Positions 1 to 9,260 of a DNA stretch of 32,000 bases are shown here, piece after piece. The stretch comes from Candidatus Heimdallarchaeota archaeon (lineage in GTDB: Archaea > Asgardarchaeota > Heimdallarchaeia > JABLTI01). The notes under the pieces are model-generated. The model was not told the DNA's origin, made no database searches, and was given only the letters and a program-made list of their open reading frames with translations. The stretch lies in NCBI GenBank assembly GCA_030614005.1, contig JAUWKS010000004.1, forward strand, positions 60,001 to 92,000, in the 5' to 3' direction. Positions within the stretch are counted from its first letter, which is position 1. The number at the start of each line of letters is the position of its first letter. The position numbers and the translations under genes were made by a program.

Positions 1-42
1 ATAAAAAATTGAGTATGCACAAATATCTTTTTAAGAAAAGAA

Positions 43-71
43 TTTAAACTTCACATACTCAAATTTGAGTA
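43..71 (+). promoter_or_regulatory. TATA-like box (TTTAAA, 43-48) followed by a perfect 16-bp palindrome TACTCAAATTTGAGTA (56-71); putative RbkR operator
   Basis: The palindrome is read directly from the sequence. It lies just downstream of a purine-rich BRE/TATA and upstream of a wHTH-riboflavin kinase gene. Operator role is inferred. Confidence 0.55.
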
Positions 72-114
72 ATAGTATCATTAACCTAAAGCAGGAATGA
101 AGGTAGGATAGTAA

Positions 115-858
115 ATGGCAAAAATCTCACAAGAGAAGAAAAGCTTCTTTTTTGGTAGTAGTGTTGATTTTGATAGCAAACAATTAGCAGTTGTCCTAAA
201 ATTAGGAATTTATGGAGCATTGAGTAATCCAATTGATATCACTAGCAGTGAATTAGGTAAATATTTAGGAGTGTCTCAGCAAACTGCTGCAAGATATCTT
301 GTTGAGTTAGAGAAAAATCATCTCATTGAACGTTCACGGACCTCAAGAGGACAAGCAGTACATATCACTAAATTAGGAAAAGAGCTGTTAGAAAACCTCA
401 GTATTATGATCACAAAGGCTCTTTACTCACAGAAACGCTCAACAACAATTTATGGTGTAATTGAAAATGGTTTAGGAGAAGGAGCATGGTATATTACCCA
501 AGAGGAATATAAAAAACAATTCGAGGAAACATTGGGATTTGTTCCTTATCCTGGAACAATTAATTTGCGAATACTCAATGTTGATGATTTGAAAAAAATC
601 GCTCAAATAAGACAATCTGAACCCTACATTATTCATGGGTTTGAAAAGAAAGGCAGATATTTTGGCGATGTTATGTGTTACAAATGTCGTTTCCAAGATG
701 GAACAATGGGAGCAATCATAATTCCTAGTAGAACACATCACAACAAAGACATTCTCGAGGCTATTGCTCCAGTTTATATGCGTGAAAAATTGGCAGAAGA
801 AGGAACTAAAGAGCTACCAGATGGTAAAACGCTTAAAATAGAAGTATTTCTACAATAA
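115..858 (+). CDS. ribK: CTP-dependent riboflavin kinase with N-terminal winged HTH (RbkR-type bifunctional regulator)
   Basis: N-terminal HTH (TSSELGKYLGVSQQTAARYLVELE). Kinase motifs GLGEGAWY, PYPGTINL, EAIAPVYMR. Confidence 0.92.
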   Translation: MAKISQEKKSFFFGSSVDFDSKQLAVVLKLGIYGALSNPIDITSSELGKYLGVSQQTAARYLVELEKNHLIERSRTSRGQAVHITKLGKELLENLSIMITKALYSQKRSTTIYGVIENGLGEGAWYITQEEYKKQFEETLGFVPYPGTINLRILNVDDLKKIAQIRQSEPYIIHGFEKKGRYFGDVMCYKCRFQDGTMGAIIIPSRTHHNKDILEAIAPVYMREKLAEEGTKELPDGKTLKIEVFLQ

Positions 859-894
859 AAAAAGTAGAAATATTTATTCCTATTTTTTTAGTTA

Positions 895-1392
895 TTAATA
901 CGTCAAATTAACAGCTTGTAAAGTTGCTTCAAAGAGTATTTTCACTATCTCTTGTTTTAATTGAATGCGTGTTTGTTTAGGATCTAACGTTAATTCCTTT
1001 GCGTAGGTTTTTTGGCCTGCAATAGCTACTGCAATAAAAGCAGTGCCTTTCAATTTATCTTCAATAGATTCACCAACCACTCCAGTAGTAGAAAGACCAA
1101 TATCAACGTCATAACTAAGTAAACCTTCCGCCATTAACTTGGCGCATTCTATTGATATTGAACCAAAATCGGGAATAATGTACGAAGGAAGTCCTAGAAA
1201 TTCTTCTTTTGCATCTGTAGAATAAGCAATTATGCTAAAGGGTAAGATTTCTGAGCAATCATCTAAATCAGTAAGAAGCGAGGTTGCTAAACCTCCAGTA
1301 CAGCTCTCTGCAATAGCAAGGGTCAATCCACGAGTAGTGAATTCACTAAGGATTTCTGAAGCCAACTCTTGTAAACGTTCTTCGAAAGACAA
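895..1392 (-). CDS. cinA: CinA C-terminal domain / PncC-like NMN deamidase family protein
   Basis: LAIAESCTGG, YSTDAK, CAKLMAEG and STTGVVG motifs; standalone domain of 165 aa. Confidence 0.85.
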   Translation of the reverse strand: MSFEERLQELASEILSEFTTRGLTLAIAESCTGGLATSLLTDLDDCSEILPFSIIAYSTDAKEEFLGLPSYIIPDFGSISIECAKLMAEGLLSYDVDIGLSTTGVVGESIEDKLKGTAFIAVAIAGQKTYAKELTLDPKQTRIQLKQEIVKILFEATLQAVNLTY

Positions 1393-1515
1393 AAATCTAC
1401 ACCAAGATAGTTTTTGTTCTTTCTCTTTCTAAATATTTCCTTTTTATCTGACTTATATCTTCATTGTCACAAATGTTAATGGTTAAATAAGATAAGACTC
1501 TATTAATAATCCGGG

Positions 1516-2220
1516 ATGTTTATGATTGATGCAAAAGAAGCTCGCACTGCTTTAATTGAAAGCAAAATAATAAAATCACAGAAAATTGTTCGATTAATCA
1601 TTTGGTTAACAGTTCCAGTATTAATTTTAACACTCGGACTTGCTTGGATTTTCTATGCTGAAAGTTACGAATTCATTTATGAGTTTATAAGCGCATTAGG
1701 CAATATCAGAAGTTTTGATCTAGATAATATTAACACAACTTCTAGGATAATAATGACCACGGGTTTTAGCCTATTGGCATTCTTGAATTTAGCAATAGCT
1801 ATTTTCTATTTCATTCGACCCGTTCTTCGATTTAACAAACTGAAAGGTTCCCTTTACATACTTGTTTCTGCTGGAGCAGCATTAATAGGAGTTCCTGGCG
1901 ATCATCCAACATTATCGCTCTTTCATGTTATTGGGGCATTCGTTTTTGTATTCAGTTTTGCCTTGGTGAACTTTGTTCAACAGTTACTGCGGTTTTCTCG
2001 GAAACATAATATGAAATTTGAAAAGAAAGCGTTTGATTTTTACTTGGATATGCTCATTGTTGTTATTGTCTTTTCATTGATGATATTACTAGGAATTTTG
2101 TATATATTGGATAATACGATTGGGTTAGCAGGTCCAGCATTTACTGTTCCTTTGTGGCAAAAAATTCTGCTCATATTTGAGATAATTGCAATTTTTGTAC
2201 TTGATTTAGATGACATGTAA
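1516..2220 (+). CDS. Multi-pass membrane protein, DUF998-like
   Basis: About six hydrophobic segments. FISALG resembles the DUF998 ISxLG motif, and there is a His before a TM segment (LFHVIGA). Confidence 0.65.
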   Translation: MFMIDAKEARTALIESKIIKSQKIVRLIIWLTVPVLILTLGLAWIFYAESYEFIYEFISALGNIRSFDLDNINTTSRIIMTTGFSLLAFLNLAIAIFYFIRPVLRFNKLKGSLYILVSAGAALIGVPGDHPTLSLFHVIGAFVFVFSFALVNFVQQLLRFSRKHNMKFEKKAFDFYLDMLIVVIVFSLMILLGILYILDNTIGLAGPAFTVPLWQKILLIFEIIAIFVLDLDDM

Positions 2221-2279
2221 AGTTTTGACACTTTACTTCTTCTTTCTTTTTTTCTTTCTTTAAATTCATTAAGAAAAAG

Positions 2280-2414
2280 TGGAGCACAGGGCGAGATTTG
2301 AATTCGTGCATGAGGAGCAGATGCTACACATGTCTCACGTAAAAGGGATAACTGCCGGTGCAATGCATTTGCATCCGTTTGCAATCCCTCGCCCGGCCGC
2401 TAGACTACCTGTGC
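2280..2414 (-). tRNA. tRNA-Cys(GCA) with encoded CCA and two introns (37/38 at 2350-2378; 53/54 at 2303-2333)
   Basis: Hand folding: acceptor GCACAGG/CCTGTGC, discriminator U73, CCA, anticodon stem AGGGA/TCCCT around TT-GCA-AA, T-stem GTGAG/CTCGC with loop TTCAAAT. Removing 29 and 31 nt gives a 75-nt cloverleaf. Both inserts are flanked by bulge-helix-bulge motifs. Confidence 0.93.
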
Positions 2415-2923
2415 TTGGGTGTTTACGTTAGTTATTGTTCTTCATATCTTATTTTTAAAGATAATGGCAAATATTGCATATCTCAAAACTTTTTTCACAA
2501 TCGAAGAATTTCTTCTGAAAAAATGTAAACAATAAAATAGTCACCTATTGTGACCTCGTTTTGAGACTTCAATTAGTGAATTCGCTTTAAATAGTAATTC
2601 TGTTTAGTTAATTATAGTGGTGAAGAAAGTGATTGAACAAATAAAAATTCGGCTTCAAATGAAGAAAGAAATGAAACCTATTTCCTTCCATACTTCAATG
2701 AAGCGAGACAAATAATAAGCAGGTTAGTAGTACTTACAAAGTTTACTCATCACACACACGATGGTAAGCTTTTGTCTCCGAGAAAAGTCGAATATTAATG
2801 GATAAGGTTGGAGTTTTGTCAGGAACTCCAGCTCTCTTTCCATTTTTGGTTGGTAATGAGGTATTTTTAGTTTTCATAACAATAATCTTATTATACGCAT
2901 ACTTTTCTGTTTTTAACTTGGAG

Positions 2924-3871
2924 ATGAAATGTAATTTGCCCAAAAAAGCTAAGAAATTGAAAAAAGTCAAGCATGCTGAAATATGGAAAGATATGACCGT
3001 ATCTGATTTATTTAGTGAATATCAAAAAACAGGTTTCAATGGTAAAGAACTCGCTAATGCTCATCATGTTATGCAAGCTATGATTGATGATAAAAAATGT
3101 ATTAAATTTGCAACTCTCGCTGGGGCACTTATCCCGGGTGGTCTTAAAAAAGTCATTTATGCTTTGATCGAGAATAATTTAGTCGATGGTTTAATTGTTA
3201 CAGGAGCAATGCTCACTCATGATCTAATCGAAGCTTTTGGCGAAGCTCATTTCCATGCTCCTTTACAAGTTCCTGACTATGAATTACAGAAAGAAGAGCT
3301 TAATCGAATCTACAATGTTGTTGTTCCTACGAAAGGTTATCGAGTATTGGAAGATGGTCTTCAAGCATTATTTCCTGAGCTCCCTCAAGAGACAATGTCT
3401 TCCTCTAGATTTATTGATGAACTTGGCAAAAAAATGACTGTTAAATGCATCCCGAAGTTAGCTGCAGAACGAGGTATTCCTGTTTATTGTCCATCCTTAC
3501 CTGACAGTATTTTAGGATTCCAGATTTGGATGTTCTCTCAGCTTCATAAACTAAAAGTTAATCCTTCACTTGACCAAGGTGATCTACTCGATTTCACGTG
3601 GAAAAATGATAGTGATGATATGAAAGTCGGTGCACTCATTGTTGGTGGAGGTGTACCTAAACATTTTCTAGCACTTGCAGCTCAAGTTGCTGGTAAAGCA
3701 TTAGATTATGCTGTCCAAATTACTATGGATCGCCCTGAGCATGGCGGTGTTAGTGGTGCTTCTATAAGCGAAGGTGTTTCTTGGGGAAAAGTTGATGAAA
3801 AAGCTAAAACAGCTAATATTATATCCGATGCTATCATTGCTTTACCCTTGTTAGTTGCCTCTTTACTCTAA
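2924..3871 (+). CDS. dys: Deoxyhypusine synthase
   Basis: TGFNGKEL, TGAMLTHD, GGGVPKH and SGASISEGVSWGKV (catalytic Lys retained). Start moved from 2798 to ATG 2924, which follows GGAG; the upstream 42 codons do not look like DHS. Confidence 0.9.
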   Translation: MKCNLPKKAKKLKKVKHAEIWKDMTVSDLFSEYQKTGFNGKELANAHHVMQAMIDDKKCIKFATLAGALIPGGLKKVIYALIENNLVDGLIVTGAMLTHDLIEAFGEAHFHAPLQVPDYELQKEELNRIYNVVVPTKGYRVLEDGLQALFPELPQETMSSSRFIDELGKKMTVKCIPKLAAERGIPVYCPSLPDSILGFQIWMFSQLHKLKVNPSLDQGDLLDFTWKNDSDDMKVGALIVGGGVPKHFLALAAQVAGKALDYAVQITMDRPEHGGVSGASISEGVSWGKVDEKAKTANIISDAIIALPLLVASLL

Positions 3872-4064
3872 AGAGGTCACTAAATTTCGATAAAAGGTTC
3901 AAAAATAGTTGAAAGGAAAGAAAAAATAAAATACTATAAAGACCAATATATATACATAAGAATAAAGAATGTGCACAAAGATTTATTATATCTTAAATTT
4001 CCCTTTTGGTAAATTCCCGCGCATCATATAGCCGTACTTGCTATAGAAGGAAATGATTTAGAGA

Positions 4065-4694
4065 ATGCCTACACAAGAGTCCGATTATAATCTTCTTGAA
4101 TCAGTTGTTAGAGAGATTGGTGGAGATGATGCTATAAAAGTTGCTGGGTTACTTAACCCAATAGAAGAGACAACTGATGAAGCAATCGCTGCTGGAGCAG
4201 AGATGAAGCTGAATGCAGTACGTAAAATCCTCTATAGATTATACGATGCTCGTTTAGCAGAATTCAGACGAATTAGAGATAAAAGCACTGGATGGTTCAT
4301 CTATTTTTGGCGCCTTAAGCCCAATCGAGTTGAAGAATTAGTAATTAATCGCAAAAAGACTGTTTACAGAAAACTCAAAGCACGATTAGATTATGAAAAG
4401 GGTTTCCATTTCTTTAAATGTGATCAAGATTACTGCCCAAGATATATTTTCGATGAAGCTATGGAAAATAATTTCAAATGTCCTGAATGTAGTAACGAAT
4501 TGAAAGCATTTGACAACAAAGATATAGTAGAAAAACTAAGTAAAAAGGTTGATGAGTTACAGAAATCTCTTGAAAAATCAGGTGTAGATGTTGAAAATCT
4601 AGACAATGATGCAAAAGATGATTTAGGGCAAATCATTGCTACAGGTAAAGTAGCCGCAATCGCGGATAGCAATAGTTATCTTGGAACAGAATAG
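4065..4694 (+). CDS. tfe: Transcription factor E (TFIIE-alpha homologue)
   Basis: wHTH (TDEAIA...VRKILYRLY), GWFIYFW motif, Zn ribbon (CDQDYC...CPEC), acidic tail. Confidence 0.93.
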   Translation: MPTQESDYNLLESVVREIGGDDAIKVAGLLNPIEETTDEAIAAGAEMKLNAVRKILYRLYDARLAEFRRIRDKSTGWFIYFWRLKPNRVEELVINRKKTVYRKLKARLDYEKGFHFFKCDQDYCPRYIFDEAMENNFKCPECSNELKAFDNKDIVEKLSKKVDELQKSLEKSGVDVENLDNDAKDDLGQIIATGKVAAIADSNSYLGTE

Positions 4695-4785
4695 TGGTAA
4701 AAAAATAACTATTCTTCCTTTTTTCTTTTAAGCTTTAACAACGGTGAATTTTGACAATTATTATTTAATATTCGAGGTATAATAA

Positions 4786-5553
4786 ATGAAAAAATTGAAA
4801 CTAATGACTAAAATTTATTCAAGCAAAAAAAGAGTTTTTAGTCATATTCAAAGAGAGATAGAAGAGCAAATCAAAGATTTAAACGTAGCAATCACATCAA
4901 CCATTCTTGATGATGATGGTTTTGTTACCATTGCCTTAGAAGGAGAGGATGAAATTGCTGCTAGTAATTTTATTGCTTCTCTTTTTGGCGAAAGCAAGAA
5001 ATTTGGTGAATTGAAAGAAGGCGACATTATAAAAGGTTATATTTGTTCAAGTGGCAAAGTAGGTTTTGGTATTTTTGTAGATATAGGCATTAAAAATCCT
5101 TATCAAATCGATGTGTTAATACCACTTTTCATTTTAAGAAAGCAGTTAGTGGATGATAAAAAAATCCCTGTTAGAAAGCTAATAGATCTTTTTGGACTAA
5201 TAGATAATTTCCCTCTTGAAGTCGTTTTAGATAAAGTAAGTATCGGCACTAAGAAAATTGAAGGTCGCTTATCAGAGAAGCAAACAGAAACTTTTCAACG
5301 CTGGGTAGAAGATGGTCTCGAAAAATTGTTTATTCTTGGGACATCAAAAGAGACAGTACAGGATGTTCTCAGAGATACTAACCACTCTCACGATATTATA
5401 GAAATCGAAACTGTAGGGTGGATGGAAAATGTTCTTACATGCAAATTTAATACTAATGCTAAGGGTTTGATTCCAAGAATCGGGAAAATACTTCCAAGAG
5501 CTAAATTTGAAATATTTTCACCTGCACAAATAAATAAAGCGCTCAAAGATTAA
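4786..5553 (+). CDS. DUF2110-like archaeal protein with S1/OB-fold-like segment
   Basis: GKVGFGIFVDIG motif and LIDNFPLEV; located directly after tfe, a known archaeal neighbourhood. Confidence 0.75.
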   Translation: MKKLKLMTKIYSSKKRVFSHIQREIEEQIKDLNVAITSTILDDDGFVTIALEGEDEIAASNFIASLFGESKKFGELKEGDIIKGYICSSGKVGFGIFVDIGIKNPYQIDVLIPLFILRKQLVDDKKIPVRKLIDLFGLIDNFPLEVVLDKVSIGTKKIEGRLSEKQTETFQRWVEDGLEKLFILGTSKETVQDVLRDTNHSHDIIEIETVGWMENVLTCKFNTNAKGLIPRIGKILPRAKFEIFSPAQINKALKD

Positions 5554-5575
5554 TTTCGTGGAAAAGTATCATTGA

Positions 5576-6211
5576 TTACTTTTCTATTTCTTTTTCTTTA
5601 ATGAATTGTTTTATTCTTAGATAGAGGCTATCAATTATTTCTATTAGTGGGACTTCCCCATCTATTAGCAGAAAAATTCCAATAGGATCTTTTTTTATTA
5701 TTTCTAAAAACAGTCTCCGGACACTTCTTTGATAATCCAACTCTTCAAAGGTGTTGCTTTTCTGCCTATCTTTAACTATCCGTTGTTGTGATATCCTGGG
5801 GTCAACATCAATTATTATTGTAAGATCGGGTTCCGGGAACTTTAGTCTATTTGTTTTCAAAATGCCACTCCAATCATCATTCATCCGTACACCTTGATAA
5901 CAAGCAGTTGAAAAGAAATAGCGATCCATCAAAACGATTTTTTTCTCCGCTAAAGAAGGCAGAATCCTTTCTTTCACATTCCATTCTCTATCATCAATGA
6001 ACCATTGTAATTCTTCTTCTAACGACGCACGCCCATCAAAGTAACTATTACGTATTTTTTTTCCTGCTTCAGTTTCATTGGTTGGTTCTTTGAAAGTGAC
6101 AACACTAAATCCATCGTCTGTTAAACGTTTTAAGAGTGCCGAAATTATTGATGTTTTTCCTGTACCATCTATTCCTTCAAAAGCAATTAAAATTCCATTG
6201 GATAGCAACAT
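5576..6211 (-). CDS. tmk: Thymidylate kinase
   Basis: P-loop FEGIDGTGKTS, KEPT, DRYFFS and PEPDLTIIIDV. Confidence 0.93.
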   Translation of the reverse strand: MLLSNGILIAFEGIDGTGKTSIISALLKRLTDDGFSVVTFKEPTNETEAGKKIRNSYFDGRASLEEELQWFIDDREWNVKERILPSLAEKKIVLMDRYFFSTACYQGVRMNDDWSGILKTNRLKFPEPDLTIIIDVDPRISQQRIVKDRQKSNTFEELDYQRSVRRLFLEIIKKDPIGIFLLIDGEVPLIEIIDSLYLRIKQFIKEKEIEK

Positions 6212-6339
6212 TGAATTCCTCTCGAGCGGTTATTATTCTATTCCTTTAGTGAAATAAAAGTACTATTTATTCATTTTCTCTAAAAAAAGATTAAAAACAG
6301 CATATCCATTTTGTTTATTTACTGGATATCTGTTTATTT

Positions 6340-8226
6340 TTAATTTACTTGTGAAAAGATTGCTCTCAATGACATTAGCATTGGTAAGGTCAAGGGAACA
6401 TAAGGTAAACCTTTAACCTCTTGTTTTATTCGTTTGATTAATTTTTTCTCTGTCATTGGTATTTCTTTTCGTTCTTCTTCTCGTACACGAACGTTGTAAT
6501 TTTTTGATTCTAGCTCTTTTTCACCGACTACTATAATGTAGGGTATCCATTCTTTCTCTGCAGCACGAATCTTTTTACCTACACGTTCTGAACGGTCATC
6601 GATATCAACTCTAATGTTATCTTTTTGGAATTTTTTAGCTAATTTCTTACAGTGGGAAATGAAATCTTCATTTACAGGTAATAATCGTACCTGAGTTGGC
6701 GATAACCAAACTGGAAACATAGGAGCTTTTCCTTGAATTTGTTCAGTATAGGCTTTTTCAAGGATAGCGTAAACTATTCTTTCAATGGCTCCGGATATAC
6801 TGGTATGTAAGATAATTGGTCTCTGTTGTTCGTTGTTCTTGTCAATGTAACTTATATCAAAACGTTCCGCATTTTCAATATCTATTTGCACAGTACTTAA
6901 AGCTGAGGCTTTGTTTTGATTATCTACGAAATTGAACTCAAACTTGCAAATGAAATAAGCATACATTTTATCGTAGGTTTCGATTAAAGCAGGTCTATTT
7001 CGAGCTTTTACCATTTCTTGGAACCATTTCTTATTTTTCTCAAAGAAATCTTTCTGTGAACGAAACGCTGATTCATAATCTAACTCGAAAGCATCTAGTG
7101 TCTCCATTGAGAGATCAAATTGCTCTCTAAAGTATTTTTGAGCAGATTTGACATCTTTAGTAATAGTGTGCATATCGGGCATAGTGAAGGTTCGTAATCT
7201 GCGCAAAGCAGCCAATTCTCCTCTTTGTTCTCTTCTAAAGGAATAATGACTCATTTCAAATAATTTAACTGGAAGGTTATTATAGGAAATTATTGAATCT
7301 GCGCTCATTAGAAATTGCCCAAAGCATGCAGCAAAACGAAGGAAGTAATTGTCAGTGCCTGATTTTAGCATATATTGCCTTGCAGGAAATCTGTGCATAT
7401 ATTTCTCAATTGCTGGATGAGTATAGCTGTACATAATTGGACTTTCAATGGGCATACCACCATATTCAATTGTTTTATTCTTCACAAATTCCTCTATGAG
7501 ATATTTTACCATCCAACCTTTTGGATACCAGCGAAAATTACCTGCATCACTTCCAGGTTCGTAATCCACTAAAGCTAATTTTCTCATTAATAGTGCATGT
7601 GGAGGAGGAACCTCAGAAGAACGAAGTTTTTCAGTTTCATATTTAGCGAATTTTTCTAATTTTTTGTTAGTGCCAAATTTGTAATTTTTTACAGGTGTTA
7701 ACGTGCCATCAGGATCCATTATGAAGAATTCATGCTTGGATTCTTCCTCAGCTTTTAATGCTTCACTTTCCATTAAAGTGCCATCTGCTTCCTTTACAAT
7801 GACATCATCTGCAATAATTGAACGTGATAACTCAGAGAGTGGATGTCCTTTACATTTTATGTTAAATGCCTTGTACCAACCGAAAGGAGCACGAGTTATA
7901 GTAAAACCTTTTTCTTTTAGAGAAGCTTCCATAATTTTCAATACACGTAAGGCAACATCTGGTCTCGAGGGAGTATTTGAAATATGCACCCATGGATAGA
8001 GTACAACATTCTTTGTTCCAAGCTGTTCAGTTATTGATTCAACTTCAATGACTGCTTTTTCAGCTACATTTTCGAAATGGTCTTCGTCTCCTTTCTCCAC
8101 TGAGGAGAAGACTACTAAACATTCTTCTACTCTCTTGAGTTTCTTCTCAATTTCTTCGGCTGCTTTAAGAGCCTTCTTTTTTGGTTCAAATTCAATGAAA
8201 TCTGAATGCACGGTTAAAATGCGCAA
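6340..8226 (-). CDS. thrS: Threonyl-tRNA synthetase, archaeal type with N-terminal editing domain
   Basis: RILTVHSDFIEFE, PWVHIS, APFGWYKAF, LRFAACFG, FRREQRGE and SGAIER. Start reassigned to TTG at 8226, preceded by GGTGG. Confidence 0.96.
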   Translation of the reverse strand: MRILTVHSDFIEFEPKKKALKAAEEIEKKLKRVEECLVVFSSVEKGDEDHFENVAEKAVIEVESITEQLGTKNVVLYPWVHISNTPSRPDVALRVLKIMEASLKEKGFTITRAPFGWYKAFNIKCKGHPLSELSRSIIADDVIVKEADGTLMESEALKAEEESKHEFFIMDPDGTLTPVKNYKFGTNKKLEKFAKYETEKLRSSEVPPPHALLMRKLALVDYEPGSDAGNFRWYPKGWMVKYLIEEFVKNKTIEYGGMPIESPIMYSYTHPAIEKYMHRFPARQYMLKSGTDNYFLRFAACFGQFLMSADSIISYNNLPVKLFEMSHYSFRREQRGELAALRRLRTFTMPDMHTITKDVKSAQKYFREQFDLSMETLDAFELDYESAFRSQKDFFEKNKKWFQEMVKARNRPALIETYDKMYAYFICKFEFNFVDNQNKASALSTVQIDIENAERFDISYIDKNNEQQRPIILHTSISGAIERIVYAILEKAYTEQIQGKAPMFPVWLSPTQVRLLPVNEDFISHCKKLAKKFQKDNIRVDIDDRSERVGKKIRAAEKEWIPYIIVVGEKELESKNYNVRVREEERKEIPMTEKKLIKRIKQEVKGLPYVPLTLPMLMSLRAIFSQVN

Positions 8227-8251
8227 AATTAACCACCTGAAATATTGTTTG

Positions 8252-8274
8252 CTAGTACAAATGCTCTGTACTAG
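8252..8274. promoter_or_regulatory. Perfect 8-bp inverted repeat CTAGTACA-N7-TGTACTAG in the thrS leader
   Basis: Read directly; it lies 26-48 nt upstream of the TTG start. Function unknown. Confidence 0.4.
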
Positions 8275-8355
8275 TGAATCCTTTCGATGGAAGAAGTAAT
8301 TAAAGTTTTTTGTAAGCATTGCAGAAATTAAACAAGCATTTCTCGTAGTGGAAAA

Positions 8356-9189
8356 TCATTTGAGTGCTTTTTTCATTGCTGCATCTACTACAGATGTTGG
8401 GAGAAATTCCAATAATCTTCGCATTTTATCATTCTTAATTTTATAGCGAGATTTAGGCTTTCTTTTGTGGAGAGCTTTGTACACAATTTTAGCAATGGCT
8501 TTTGGTTCTGCACCTTTGTCAATTTCTTTTTTGCATACTTTTATTACTTGTTCTAATTGCTTCTTAAAAAGTGAATTATCGACATCGTTTTCTTCAGCAT
8601 AGCAAACATATGCACGATGAAGGAGTGGTGTCTTAACTGCGCCTATTTGTAAATGAACAACTGGCATATCAAGAAACATAAGTTCCCTTCTAAGTGAATC
8701 AGAAAATGCTTCTAAAGCATATTTTGACATTGAATAGGGTCCATTTAATGGGAAGGAAAACCTACCAGCTTCCGAGCCAATGTTTACGATTCGCCCTTTA
8801 GTTGGATACAACAGAGGAAAGAATGCCTTGGTTATATTAAAAACACCTATAACATTGACAGCAAGGATTCGCTCTAAGTCTTCAGTACTAATCTCTACTA
8901 AAGGACCACCTACAAATATACCCGAATTATTAACAATTCCATCAATTGTGGGAAATTTCTCACTAATCTTTTCAAAAGCATCAGAGATACTTTTGGTATC
9001 TGTTACATCTAAATGAAAAGTGCTTATGGAATTAATGTTAGTTAATGAGTCAAGAGCTTTTTTATTAATATCAGTAGCAATAACATGATCCCCTTTTTCA
9101 ACTAAAAAATTAGTAATTGCTAAACCAATACCGCTTGCTGCACCTGTAACAAGTATTGTTTTATTTATTTTGCTCATAGATAATATCAA
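8356..9189 (-). CDS. Short-chain dehydrogenase/reductase (classical SDR)
   Basis: TGAASGIG, NNSG, catalytic S (GSEAG) and YSMSK (YxxxK). Confidence 0.9.
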   Translation of the reverse strand: MILSMSKINKTILVTGAASGIGLAITNFLVEKGDHVIATDINKKALDSLTNINSISTFHLDVTDTKSISDAFEKISEKFPTIDGIVNNSGIFVGGPLVEISTEDLERILAVNVIGVFNITKAFFPLLYPTKGRIVNIGSEAGRFSFPLNGPYSMSKYALEAFSDSLRRELMFLDMPVVHLQIGAVKTPLLHRAYVCYAEENDVDNSLFKKQLEQVIKVCKKEIDKGAEPKAIAKIVYKALHKRKPKSRYKIKNDKMRRLLEFLPTSVVDAAMKKALK

Positions 9190-9260
9190 CTCTTAGAGAT
9201 AGCTAGTAATAGGAACGATTAGATTTGAGAAAAAGTAAACAATACTAATTTAAAAATCCA

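Noticed and set aside
2040-2384. 114-aa minus-strand ORF
   Set aside because: It overlaps the tRNA-Cys gene and the antisense strand of the membrane protein; shadow ORF.
2598-2800. Protein-like plus-strand frame (NEERNETYFLPYFNEARQIISRLVV...) with a TGA at 2634, plus a 31-codon GTG ORF nearby
   Set aside because: No in-frame start, no recognisable family and no SECIS; cannot be supported as a gene.
2798-2923. Hydrophobic N-terminal extension suggesting a membrane-anchored DHS
   Set aside because: It is a T-rich upstream region. ATG 2924 has an SD-like GGAG and gives a normal-length DHS.
8227-8319. 31-aa N-terminal extension of ThrRS
   Set aside because: The conserved start of the family maps to TTG 8226, which has an SD.
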